In this document: positions 36,276 through 48,964 of the stretch, piece by piece
How positions within the stretch are numbered: the first letter of the stretch is position 1
How the letters are laid out: the number at the start of each line of letters is the position of its first letter
The notes under the pieces: generated by a model
The model's input: only the letters and a program-made list of their open reading frames with translations
Told to the model about the DNA's origin: nothing
The model's database searches: none
DNA from: Phoronis australis
Lineage: Eukaryota; Animalia; Phoronida
Direction of reading: 5' to 3'
NCBI GenBank assembly: GCA_002633005.1
Contig: NMRA01000034.1
Coordinates: forward strand, 1,487,540 to 1,551,539
DNA: 64,000 bases
Position numbers and translations under genes: made by a program

Positions 36276-39154
36276 CTGTCGATAAGAGAAAACCAGAGAT
36301 TAAAGCTTAGGTTTGCAGTTATTCACTTGAAAATGCTCTGAACGTTTTAACGTCAAGATAAAACTTCTGTTGTGATTAGGAAAGTTTCTGGTCCGATTGT
36401 GTATGGGTAAATGGCTTAGCTTTGATTTAGATTTTTCGGACAGTTATAAAAGAGGTTATTCAGTTTTAATGAAACACCTCGTTGTTCGTAACATGACGCT
36501 GTGGTATGAGCCCGGCAGTCCTGGACGGAGCGCTTAGAGCCTCTCTACTGTTTCTTCTTGGTTAACATCTACGTACACCAATATCATCTACTAAGGTGGA
36601 GAGACTCTGGGAGGGTTTTGAAAAATGTCTTGTCACCAAAGAATTACATTTAAGTTGCGGTGCATTGTGGCACAGTTTGAATTTTTGAAACTGTAATATT
36701 TCACCTTAATTAAAATTGTATTTAGCGCAAACAATCGACAGATGTTGTGAAGCTATTCTTTTTGTTGTCATGATAATGTGGTTTAGCTCGCGTTTACCAT
36801 CAGGTGGTGAAAAAATCCAACACCATTTTTTCACTCTTGTTGATGGCGCCAAATGTAACGCAATTCTTTCTTTTCGTTCTGCTTGTTTACACGCTAATCA
36901 ACTATTGCAGTTGTTTTGCTTTATAATTAATCCAGATTTTTATAAGAAATTAATTAGCTAGTAATGTTCCAATAGGACACTCGTGTGTTTTTACTAAGTA
37001 TAGAGTTTCTAATCTCGCTAATGTCAACATAAACGTTTGTTGGGTGTTAAACTGAGATCTCTAATGTAGGTTTTAGCTGATCTTCCTCAAGTTAAGATAA
37101 ATCGTACTCTCAGTAAAGACAATGCGTTGACACGCGCCAGACAAGAAGTGGCGCATGTCGTACGGTAGGCAGATTAATTTACTGTTTGAAAACAAGCTTG
37201 CAGAAGATTTTCAAGTTTGTTTAACATAACATTCATATTTGTGAAATTGAAACAACATTTAAATCTTGATGATCTCGTGCTGCAGGTTTGGTAAGCAATA
37301 CAGTTACAGTAAAAGAAACTTTTCAAGGGAAAATGTAGTAAATTGAATGTCTTAGTGAAATCTCATTAAATTTGCGCAATATTAGCAGTGAGTAACGTAA
37401 AGATAAAAAATGAGCAAGATTTTGATAAATTCTCTAACCAACGTAGATTACTTATTTGATACATGTATAAAAAGCCTTTACTTTACAGGCTAGCGAGTTA
37501 ATTCTTGGAGCCTGCGTAAACTGGTGTCCAACGAAACGCCATCAGGCTTTAAGAACGTAGTTATACCCTGTGTGTGGTTTTAATGAGTTGACGCAAAATT
37601 GCTATGCTTTCAGAGTGTTCCAACATTAGAAGAGGTAAGATTTGGTAAAAGTACGTAAAAGGTGTGCGCGTGTAAGTGACAACGCCTTATAGAAATTTTA
37701 GGTCAGTTAGCGCCGGACGCATAGACTGAAAAATTCATAAATATAAAGATGTCTCCTCTTAACATTAGAAAACAATTGTTTAGATAGAAAAATGCCTCAA
37801 AAACGTCTGTTGTTTCACATAACAGAATACGGATTTGAAGATTTTCTTTCAAGTTTAAGGTTGTACCAAAATTCACGTATAACGCAATTGATGAAAATGA
37901 CCACAATACCGTCCATAAGGGTTCCAGTTTTGTACTTAAAGTTTCTAACACTTAGTCAACGTTAAAGTTACTGAGAGGTCGCGAGCTTAGACGAAAAACG
38001 TTCAATGGTATGTTGTCATCACTTCTTTACATTTTAATACGTTACAGGGTGAAGAGACCTAACGATTTAATTCGCTGAAAACGCAGGTGTCTGAAGTCTG
38101 TCGTTGAACTGATGTTCGCTATAGAGCCCGAGGTTGTTGGATTGTGTCGTAATCCAGACGCAAATTACTTGACTCCTGGAGATATTTACTTAGACAAGTC
38201 ATTGTATCAAATCATTCAAAACACCCGACATTGACGATGACGTTCTTTGTACTTTAATGACAGCCAGTTGACTTCGTCCGCCTTGTACAACACCGAAAGA
38301 AGGTCACAGTTTTGCCTTCGCGGTGAGTATGTGTGGTATAGGAATCTAAACAGCTACAGAAGGGTTTCTGGTGACATTCCGGAAGTCATGTCCTCAAATT
38401 TTATATCCATGAGCAAAACTAACCTTGTTCAATTTGAAGGTTGGTATTAAAATCCGAGAAAATCATTCTTTGACATCATTTCCATTCTTGGAATTTGCTG
38501 GATTTGACTGATCGGGCGATCTCAGCAACTCGATAGTCTCCTCGCTTGTTGCTCCCACATTTTGCTGATCTTGGAGAAGCAGTGCGCGGTTTGGAGTGTG
38601 CGAGATTGGTTTCGATTGTTTTCGAGATTAGCCGTTTCATGAAGGAGAAATATTCACATTAGTTTATAAAAAATTCACTATCACTTTTTCTCAGCTGAGC
38701 TTTTTCGCACATAGCTGTAATTTCCTTCAGATTGTCGTTCATAAAATGTAATGCAAAGTATGACACGCTATTCAACGGTCATACCTATTTGTCTTCATTT
38801 CCAAGAGTTTCTTCATGCATATTTTAATTTAATTATTAGGTGTTGATTTCAACTGCAATAAAATGAAATTAGATATTTTTCATATCATTATTAGCAAGGA
38901 AACGAACATCTCAGACGGACAGTCATATACATGATTTGAAAAATATAAGATTGCGTGTGTTGGAAACCACTTTTCGAATAAATATTTGAGAAAATGTTAA
39001 CACTTCTCGGTAAAGAAGGTGGGGGAGACATTTGAACTGGCGTGCGTGGCGATATCCACATGTGTAGGCATATTTTAATAAGTTTATAGAGACACGACTT
39101 AATCATACATGTCTTTGTTATCATATCATACTGCATCGCATGCCGGGTAGTACA

Positions 39155-39312
39155 CAGTGCTGTAGTGGTAAAATTAGAGGTAAGTAGGCGCCCAAAGCCC
39201 ACTATATCGCATTGAGCACTGAGCGTAATTTACGGTGCGTAGGCCCTACGTTCAAATGCCAAAAGGTGGTTGGCTGCGCCTACGTGCGCCTATACGCCCC
39301 ACTACAGCACTG
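39155..39312. mobile_element. hAT-type MITE, 14-bp TIR CAGTGCTGTAGTGG, 8-bp TSD
   Basis: Perfect TIRs at 39155-39168 and 39299-39312; flanks gtagtaca / ctagtaca (7/8 match). Confidence 0.85.
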
Positions 39313-39633
39313 CTAGTACAAAAACCAATTTTTACTGGGAACGATAACGATGTTCAAGTTTCCGAAATTTAATCAAAAACATTTGCGCGTGTACTGAAAA
39401 CAAGCAAAATTACCATATTTGTAATATGATTTTTCTCTCCAGTTATGCAGAGACAAAGATCTGTGTGTTGCTAGGTCTTCCAACAAGAAAGTTGCCTTGT
39501 TGTACGTGAAGGCCTATACTCCTCATCAAAATAGTTGTGTTGTTGTATCTCAAAATCTATACTCTCCACAAGTCATGTAGACGGTATTGATTGGTAGGTC
39601 TTCCATCTAAATAGTTGCACTGTTGTACGTTAA

Positions 39634-41154
39634 TAGCGGATTTGCAGCGCAAACGAACTACGCATTGCGCATGTGCGAGTTACTTCCTGCGCGAAGGCTC
39701 ATGGGATAGCTTGTGGTCAGGCATGTCTTGAGCAGGCTGGATAGGATCATTAGTGTGTGCATTTGGAGTGATTTGCAAACAAAAAACCATGTTTCATTTT
39801 TTGCTTTATAATACCACGCAAGTCCTCTCTCTCGTTTGTAAACACAGCGTAGCTATGATCAGTAACCGTGTGACCGAGGGCACGACTGTCGTCATGTTCA
39901 GTATTTGGGGCTATCGGCGTTGATTTCGAAATCTCCTCCGGTTTCAGTCGGACAAGTTTATAGTTCTTGGGTTGCTTAAATTTTGTAGCTTTCGCCGTGG
40001 ATATGCTAGAGACGTTAATTTTAAGAGGAAACTCCGTCGGAATGTTGTTCTCATACGTCTTTTTTCCACCAGGAAAATGTTCGCTGCACAGGCACACGAT
40101 GGCCCCTAGGCAATTACATCGCACTGGATGCCGCAGGCATTCAGTGGCGATAGTACATCCTCACAAAAAGTTACTAATTTCAAAATACAGCAAATAAAAT
40201 CAAATGAACCATACATATAGGAAAACGGAGTTATAATTAACACATACCACGACTCTGGATACAATTTATTCAGCAAAACTTGAACAAATCGATGAAAATC
40301 TGTCGCGGTTTGCTCGAGTCAAGTTCTCTCAGTTACCGGGTGCCATTTTGAGGAAGTTACGTGAAATTACGCATGTTGACGAATAAAAAGTCTAAGGGAC
40401 ACACATCTTACAAGTTTCACCCGATATACCTTCTCATGCTATTTTACAAGTGTCACGCGCTAGCGTCACGCGCTTCGCTGAGTCTCGCGCTAACCTTTGC
40501 CTAACTCACGTGATTCAGTTGACATGCTTTATGGTTATCGCGCACCCGTGATAAAATTAACGGCAACCAAAAAAGTGAAGCTGTAATTCTTCGCCAAAGT
40601 CAACTTAATTCTCACAACTAAGCTTAAGATATGTATAGAAGTAGAAAGGACCAACGATGAAAGTAAGCATTTTTTTAAATGATAGTTTTAAGTGTAGAAT
40701 GTATTTTTGACGAGGTGAAAACTCGAAATCGGTAATCTGAATCTGGTCACGGCCCGTTTAAAATACACTGAAGTAACGAAATGAGTACAGACAGCGAATG
40801 GAAGTATTGTAGCCCCTATATGGCCAACCGAGGGGCTACGTGTTACCTACTAGATGGCTCCGCGCGTTGGTTTGAATGCGCTAAATCTCCCCTTACTACC
40901 AGCTCTCCTAATGTTGTTTATCTATTTTTCACGAAGTTCTTGGTTTGCAGGGAACACATAAAAACTCAGATTTTTATATCTCTTCTTGTTTTTGAAGCAG
41001 CCAGGAACACAACAAGTGTATCCGCCGTAAGTTTTCTTCGCGCTCATACCGCGTATTATGCTTGATACTATGGCCGGTTTCGGAATGCTGACCACAGCAC
41101 CCACAATGCACCATTTTAACATAATTTCAATATGGCGTCGCTGCAAATCCGCTA
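39634..41154 (-). mobile_element. Internally deleted DNA transposon with a THAP-domain pseudogene (PIF/Harbinger ISL2EU-like by inference)
   Basis: Perfect 16-bp TIR TAGCGGATTTGCAGCG at 39634-39649 and 41139-41154. THAP motifs [23 protein letters not shown] and CSEHF...IPTEFP on the minus strand. Confidence 0.85.
40107..40852. mobile_element. 746-bp nested non-autonomous element with TAG...CTA ends and 8-9-bp TSD
   Basis: Flanked by gatggcccc (40098-40106) and gatggctcc (40853-40861); removing it rejoins the THAP frame. Confidence 0.75.
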
Positions 41155-42629
41155 ATAGAACATTTAGTCTCCATCAGTCACACACCTGATAATGTTGTTT
41201 GTGGTATGTGTTTGTCAATATTTTTTGTTGTTTTCCATGATTCTCATTATGTGTTTATACAAGTGTTTGCCTTATAAGTGAAATTTACTGAAAACTCATA
41301 CAAAAAGTTAGCCTGACTACGGCCTTAGGTGTGTATGTTTTGTTAATCGGATTAGTGTTTTCACAAAAATGCAAATGGGAGGTTAAATGAAATGAAAAGC
41401 ACCAATATTAGCTGTAAATTGAATCCTCCCAGGGGTGACAGATTTGAACAAGGAGATATCTCGCCAGGAAAGTTTACGTATGTTCCTGTGTGAAGGCAAT
41501 GTTTTGGAGTTCTGTCCCAAGAACATATTTTTCACGTGGGTATGTGTTTACAGGAGGGCAGTTTGATACTCTCAAACACAAAGTATCCGCTGCATTGTAA
41601 CTGCACGTAGAGATAGGTTGAACGATTTTCGTTGATAACATGTAAATAAATAAAATTCGGATCTCAGAATGATATTTTCTTCATCGCGAGTAATACTTTT
41701 ATTGTGAAAAGGGATCAAAGTAAATTAAAAAATATGAAGTTGATGTTTGTCTTTTCAGAATGGCGGCGTATCGTTAATCTATGTTTTAAAAATCGGTTTA
41801 GATCTGACAAGCTGTCACCTGCGAGTACATCCAATAAAATTTTAATAAAAATTTAGGAACACTTGCAGGTCCATCTCTTATTAAGTAAATGAAATTCAAA
41901 AGCGACTAGCACGCAAAGTGTTCAAATTGGTTAAGTCAAAGAGACCTGAAACTAGCGAAACACTTTTAAACATACCAGGCCGTTGTCGACAATTACAAAA
42001 CAAAGAAAATAAAAATTCCTGGAGCAAAGAATATTTTTCAAGGTGTTTAAAAACACTAGGGCCCATTTTATCAAGGTTCGTAAGTGCGGTCATACCGAAA
42101 CGGTCGTGGGCATATTATGGCAGATGCAATGGTGCGTGTTTTCAGATAAGCGAAAATATTGCAATTGAAGTCAGGAACGTAACGTCTGGGATTGTTGGGG
42201 GTGTGGCAACCACCCAATAATTGTCGAATTGGTTGGGCAAAGAAGGAAAATACTGGGCAGCGAAAGAGCCCTTTCAAAACAATAGTTTGTAAATTTAAAA
42301 TTGATTGCAAAAACGTTTTCAGGTGTACTGTATGATCGCTCTTGATAAATTTGCCCTACCCAAAATTGTGGTACTTCTTGTACCTTTTGTCATATTTTGA
42401 TGTCATTCTACTCATAGTGTGTTTTTACTGTTATGTGCGTAAAATGATATAGGTACCACAGATGCGTATTTTTGGCACATGCACCTATATCTGAAATAAG
42501 GCGTATTTTTCTAGTAGTCAAATGTTTCGTATATTTAAGGCCTATGAGCATTAGTTTAGGTAATTCTTGGCTGTTTTCACAAGCAAATGCCTTATTGGAA
42601 TACAGGCACATGCATAATCGTGCCCTTCC

Positions 42630-42880
42630 GAAACATTTCTACGCGACCTGGTTTGACAGCACATTTCTAGTTCTGTTAGGCTCACTTGTGACATTTTTAT
42701 AACGTGTATGAGTAATATTTAAAAGTCTTGTTACTGTTGCAAAATTGTTTTCAATGTTTTTACTTGTAAAGAATGAACGCGATTTGTGCCATAAAATCTG
42801 TAAACAGCTTGAGGAGATCCAGTACTGTGCTCTTCGTTTTGTTTTCAATGACTGCACTCCAACATATCAAGTCCAGCAAA
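42630..42880 (+). mobile_element. CR1-clade LINE ORF2 fragment
   Basis: Decayed HF.FC...WHF motif and QLEEIQYCALRFVFNDCTPTY, matching the LExIQxRALR motif after the RT domain. Confidence 0.6.
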
Positions 42881-43799
42881 ATGATCAGATATCCAGCGAA
42901 ACTATTCTACTGACTTAACATATTTTTCCGTGACGATAGGTCCTACTACTGGGCCACAATAGATCATCGGCGTCCTTGTGGTTCTCGGTGGATTGGTCGA
43001 GAGTGGTCGCACCGGCGTAAATGTCCACTGCGGCCAGTCCGCAACTAGACAATACTTCATCGATCAGAGAAACCATGTAGTAGCCAGCAAAGTGGTCTAA
43101 ATCACTTTTCTCCAATCGCTTTATTGAACTTTTTGGTGCTGGCGTATGATTATTTATCATTTTGATGGATTGGAGTTATTTATTTATTTATTACTGGCGG
43201 CTACTGCACTGAAACAAATCAAACTGCATAAGAGAAAAGTCGTTAGAGTCGGCACGGTGTCCGGCACAGTAGAATTCGAACTGTGCGCACTGAACCGGCG
43301 CGGGCAAACCCACTAGGGGCAAGGCTATAGTTTCATAAAAGCACGTCCAAAAGAGGTGGTGAGTTGGGTAACTCCCAAATTTATTATCGCTGAACCTTTT
43401 AAGTCTGACTGGGTCTCATCTGCAAATGGTAATGCGAGTGATAACACTGAGGTCCCGGTAACCTGCAGAAACATAAATGACTGAAGATAAAACGCCAGTA
43501 CACCACGTCGGTCTGTGTTTCACTGATACCAAAGCATTGGAAAAGAATGCTTTGGAAGCGAGTAACCCAGTTTCAGTGAAAACTGACATAATTACGAGAA
43601 CTTTAAAACATGTGCAAAGACTCAAGCAAGGACTGGCTGCTGAATGTCCAAGTTAGCCGAGTGCTGTGTATGAGCAGTGAAATTAAAACACCCACCGTAC
43701 AGTATCTGTTGCTATGGGCCTGTAGACAGAAGGGTCCTAAGTAGTTGGCCTTTTTGATTTTCGTATATTATTTCACGAAATTCCAACACCACTGTCCTA

Positions 43800-44015
43800 T
43801 CATTATTCTTATTATCATTATCAAAATAACAACAACAAGAATTTATTTTTGTTATTGTTATTATTGTTGTTGTTGTTATTGTTGTTGAAATTATTATTTT
43901 TTATCATTATTGTTATTATTTATTATTGTTCTTATTTATTATTATGCTTATTGTTATTGTGATTGTGATCATAATTGTTGTTGTTGTTGTTATTATTCCA
44001 ATAATAACTATAGTA
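43800..44015. repeat. (TTG/TTA)n low-complexity tract
   Basis: Seen directly in the sequence. Confidence 0.85.
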
Positions 44016-44219
44016 ACTGTGACTCAAAGCTATGTTACAAGACTGTCGGCTCATTGAGATTGTCAATGCCGTTGAGTGGTTATTCTCGCCAGCAACTGAG
44101 ACCAATGGCCGGAGCACCTCCACGTCCGCCCAGGCGGGTCAGTCGCCGCAAATAATTTGGGGATACAAAACTATCCGAGTTATTCCGAGTCAATGAGATA
44201 ATGTAGGAAGAGTTCATTC

Positions 44220-44254
44220 CATAGACATCTTAACACTATAGTGTGATGTCTATG
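44220..44254. mobile_element. 35-bp fold-back micro-MITE with a perfect 8-bp TSD
   Basis: gttcattc [catagacatc ttaacactatagtgt gatgtctatg] gttcattc. Confidence 0.8.
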
Positions 44255-46397
44255 GTTCATTCAGTTATTCGGAATGATTAGACCATGGACTATAGATAAG
44301 GACTGCCAACTCCCGTTAGAGCGGGTTGCACATTTTGCGGACCACGGGACATAAGCACTAACGATGAGAGGGCGCTGCACACACGGGATAGAAAACTTCC
44401 GGTTTTACGGAGCGATCGTTCCCTCGTTTCAAGATTTGGTAAAGTAATGAATTGAATTGTTTGATTTTTTGGAGTTTTTAAGACTTGTAAAAATAAAATG
44501 CGTATACTGTTCTCTGTCATGTCATTTAAATCATTCACAAGATAATTCAGACATGTTATGAGTTATTAACGCCAGAAACGTCATCAGCTGATTTTTTCGT
44601 ATTTACACTTACCGGTACACTGTCGCATCAGCTGATTTTTGATTGCAATTAGTATTGGTGTTTGTTTAAATTGAGTACCGTACGAATCAGCTCATAATCA
44701 TAAGCACAAGCATTAACCAACAAAAATGAATTTGTAACAATGTTACACAATAAATATTTGCCGGTAATTCACACCGCTTTGTTCCAGGGGGTTAGGGCCA
44801 AAGGCTAACTGACATTGACATGTCATTTGCAAGTTGAGTGTCAAAAACTTGCGTGTCAAAAAAATGCTGTCACTACTATCATAGCCAAAAGTACATTGTA
44901 AGGCAACTTCTAAACATAGCTACGATTATGCAAAATTGGTTCGATTCATGACACTTGTTGCTGTTAACAATCTTTACTCCATTCCGTTCGTATCATCAGA
45001 ACATTGGTAAAGAAACTGACCCCAAGAGACGACAAACGATAGTTCGAAACATACTTGTTTCATCAAGTGTAAATAAAATGACACAGTAATACCACCACAG
45101 AGCAAATGCTAGAAAAATATGCAATGGTAAACAGCAGGTGTGAAATACTGCAAAGACTGACAAATGGAAGGGGTAACAAGAATGTCGCGCAAACAAGTGC
45201 AGCATGACCCTCTTTGCTGCTCATTCAAAACGGGCTTCGTGAATGTAATCAAAAGGAACTCTCAATATTTTCAATAGCAGCACATCATGCTCTCCATGTC
45301 GACTGAGTTGACGTATTCTCCACAGTTTCTTGACGAGTGATACTTATGATTATGAAGGTTTGAGTGCTCATTAAGACCTAATGTCTATTTCTCTCTTTCA
45401 GTGTCTGAACATTCTCTAAATGTCACAAATACATAGAATATATATCTATAAAATATTATGGAACGAAGAGTTTCGTGTGGAACGTGATTTTGTGAAAGTG
45501 AACTCTTTCCCTATGACTCTTTCATGGCTTTTTAACAAAACACTGAGCTAATTTTCAGTGTCGCATTGAGCCTGAATGCCACAACAGAATTAGTTCCACT
45601 ATCGAGTAGTGGAGATAACCAGCGATTGAATTGAAGAAGTCAAAATTTGGAAGTACCAGTTGGCACTGTAATTTTCTTTAGGATTTTGTTACGCCAGCAG
45701 ATATTCAATGTTCAAAAGGAAACTATTTTTTATAAATTAAGTTTTTGTACTTTGTACACAGTGAAGGGAATTCAGTTTTAAGTGTTATATTTCTGCCTGC
45801 AGAAGAAAAAAGTTATATTATAACATGAAATGAAACCACCAACTGAAACAAAATACCACAAAATTTGAAATAGAGAACATGAGAGGGAAAGACTCAGGTG
45901 TTCTGTCAGCCTTATTTTTAGTGGTTATCAGTTAGCACAGCACACGCAAAGTAGACATTTTTCATTTCTTTATTTTCCCAGTTCCAATGAGTAAGTAACA
46001 GGCGTCTGGGATTGCCCTGCCTTACTTTACAATTGTTAAGTGAAAAATGGCAACACGAAAATACAATGGAATGATTTTTACAATGACAAACAGGAAAAAA
46101 ACATAACAACATTACATAAAGTGTTGCATACATTTCTGAGAAAGAATACAAAAACACCCTTTGCATACTATGTTTTACAAAATAGAGCTGTCAGAGCAAA
46201 GCATAATGCAAATTTCATCAGAAACACTTCAATAGTCTAAAATGGTAGCTTTAGACATGCCATTTAAATATATTTTTTTAAATTGTTAAGGCGGCTCTCG
46301 AGTTATTAAATTTTTACAGCCTCAAAATAGCCTTTTTTCTGAAAATAGCACCCAAAAATTTCAGGCTACGAAAATTCAAGTTTAGACAACTGAGGTG

Positions 46398-46625
46398 AGG
46401 AGGCAGTGTGGCCTGGTTGATAAGTGCCCGCTTTCTTTACTCGAGGTCGTGGGTTCAAGTCCCACCAGGTCACACTGCTAAACCCTTGAGCCAGGTTTCT
46501 AGCTCCTCAGCTCGGTTTTAACCATATATTAATAAAGCATAAAAATATTTCCAGGTGATCAGTGCAATGGGCCCACATGCGAGGCCTGCGCACGTCTGAT
46601 ACAACGTGTATCAGGCCGCCTGCAA
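46398..46625 (+). mobile_element. tRNA-derived SINE
   Basis: Pol III A box tggcctggttg (46409-46419) and B box ggttcaagtcc (46452-46462), followed by a body shared with 3843-4055. Confidence 0.8.
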
Positions 46626-48964
46626 TTATTTTTTTATAAAAAAACTATATTTGAGAATCCATAGCTTACGGTATTGCTAAAACAAGATAGAGTCCTTTAC
46701 AAGTAGGTTAACAACATGACATAGTCACCAAACCACTTTTAAAACGACAAAACACTTCAAGAATTACCCTGGTTCGGGAAAAATATTTCTTTTGTTCCAA
46801 AATATTTCAAAACAATGCTAAAAATGAAATTGGTGTAACAAATGAATTCAAAGCTAGCAAAAACCAGAAACCTAGTTTTTTCAGAGTATTTCGTCATTTA
46901 TTCAAAAATCTTATTATATGAATTATTCTTTTTTCCCCAAGTGAGATCAGTGTTTTCACAATCTTAAGTTCCGCACCATATGATAAAAATGATCGTGTGC
47001 ATTTTTAATTAAACAAAATTAAATTGGACAATAAAATTTCAATGAAATTTTTTAAAAATGAAACTGATCACAGCACCACCACAAGGTAGAAAACGTGTGA
47101 CAAAATTATTTTTGAAGAAAATAGACTGAATCTATCCCCAAAACTGAAGTTAATTTTAAAAGTATTCTGTACTGTTTTAATGAAAATATTTCACCAATTT
47201 GGGTCACTTTATGTAATTTAGGGAAGTTTTGACTGGTTCTGTTTAATCCATTTGACCAATCAAATTTGAGTTCAGTTTTAACCCTGGAAAGGTCAGCATG
47301 GTTCTTGAAAAATGATTGAATTTACCTTTTTTGGAAGTATTGCTAAATGGAAATGGTGAGATGAAGTGAAAAAAATTGTTGATGAATCGATTAGGATACG
47401 ATAGTAATTGTTACGTTGAGAGTACACTTGCAGGATTTTTCCAGGTGAGAAATTGACAAGGCATTAAATAAAAAAATACATTTCCCTATTTTTATCAATA
47501 AAACAAAAGTGTACACTTAAGGCAGAATTTTTAGCAAACAGTTTGACATCAATAGCGGATTTAGAGGGGGTGCCAAGAGGGCTACACCCCCCTAAAATTC
47601 CCCCAGATTCCATTTGGCAGACCGGGAGTGCCAATGTCTGAATGACAAAATCCTGGCTAATACTCTGCTCCGGTCCCCCAAACACAAAATCCTGGATCCA
47701 CCCCTGGATATACATATCATTAAAATCAGTTTGATAACGGCCATTTAGCAACTGAAAATTTATCCCCTTCTCAAGTGCCGCAGTACTTCCGATTTTTAAA
47801 AATATTCCTGAATGCCCCCATTTGTTGACACGGATATAAATAAAAAGAAGAAAGTTTAAATATTTCGATGAAATACTTTTCATTTTCCACCACTTGTCAT
47901 GCTAATATATATGAGCTTCTGAAAATCATGAAAAAAGGCAAAATTTCGCTCTTGCTGAATTTTGGATATATTGGTATACTAAGCCAGGCTTATGTATTGT
48001 AGACGTAGTGACGAATGAGAAACTACATTTAGGTCGAGCCAAAATTCATACAAAATCACAAAATTCAAACTAAATTTCATCGTACACGACTGAGAATTCA
48101 ACTAGTGAAAAGAATTATCCATTTAGCACAACCTTTTCATTGGGCCAAACTCCTCGATTCGTGAATCGTGTGTTGAACTGTGCCAGCAGGCAGGCTGATC
48201 AACAACAACTTGTCAAATTAATTCCGACACGTTTCGTAGCAATAATTCGACTTGAATGGCTCGCATACGCGATCTAGTTTGCATTAAACACAACAAATTA
48301 ATTTCAAACACAAAAATTTGCTTGACGTGCGCGAAATAAAAACCAAAGTTCACCTTCGTTAATATACTTAGCCATGAGATCGGAAGTTTTGAATCCTGCT
48401 CATTCCACACGTACTTTTGCGTTAGGCCGCGAGACTTCACGGAGTCGCGAATCTTTTTACTAATATCTGTGATTATGTTGTACTTCAACTTGGAATCCTG
48501 CTCAATCTCAAGAATAAGCGGAAGTAAGTGTTGCGTGAACTTGGAATTCCAAGATCAAGCAAGTGATCTTGAGATTAAGCAAACTGCCAAACCCCGTACG
48601 TGAACTTGGAATCTTGCGTGAACTTCGAATTAAGCGGCTGCCTGGCACACAATAACAGAACAGGGAGCTTGGGCTGAAATCGTTACTGAACCGGTAGGCT
48701 ACGGAGAGAAAAGATTTCTAAAAGATCGAGATAAAGCTTCCGTGGCCTGGTCATGAGTACTGGTTAGTACCGAGGGAATGGAATAAAAAATCATTTAAGG
48801 ACTGTATTGTGATTACATGTCCCTCAGTAATGCACCGGGCATTCAAAGTCATAGCCTTACGGCTACGGTGGTCATTTGAGTCGTATTATTTCTGTGTTGC
48901 TGCCTATTCCAATATAAAAATAAAGCTGGACGTTTGAAATTAGTGCCTGGTTGACGTTTGATCA

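Noticed and set aside
46398-46480. tRNA gene
   Set aside because: A and B boxes are present but there is no convincing cloverleaf, and the sequence continues into a body shared with 3843-4055, so it is a SINE.
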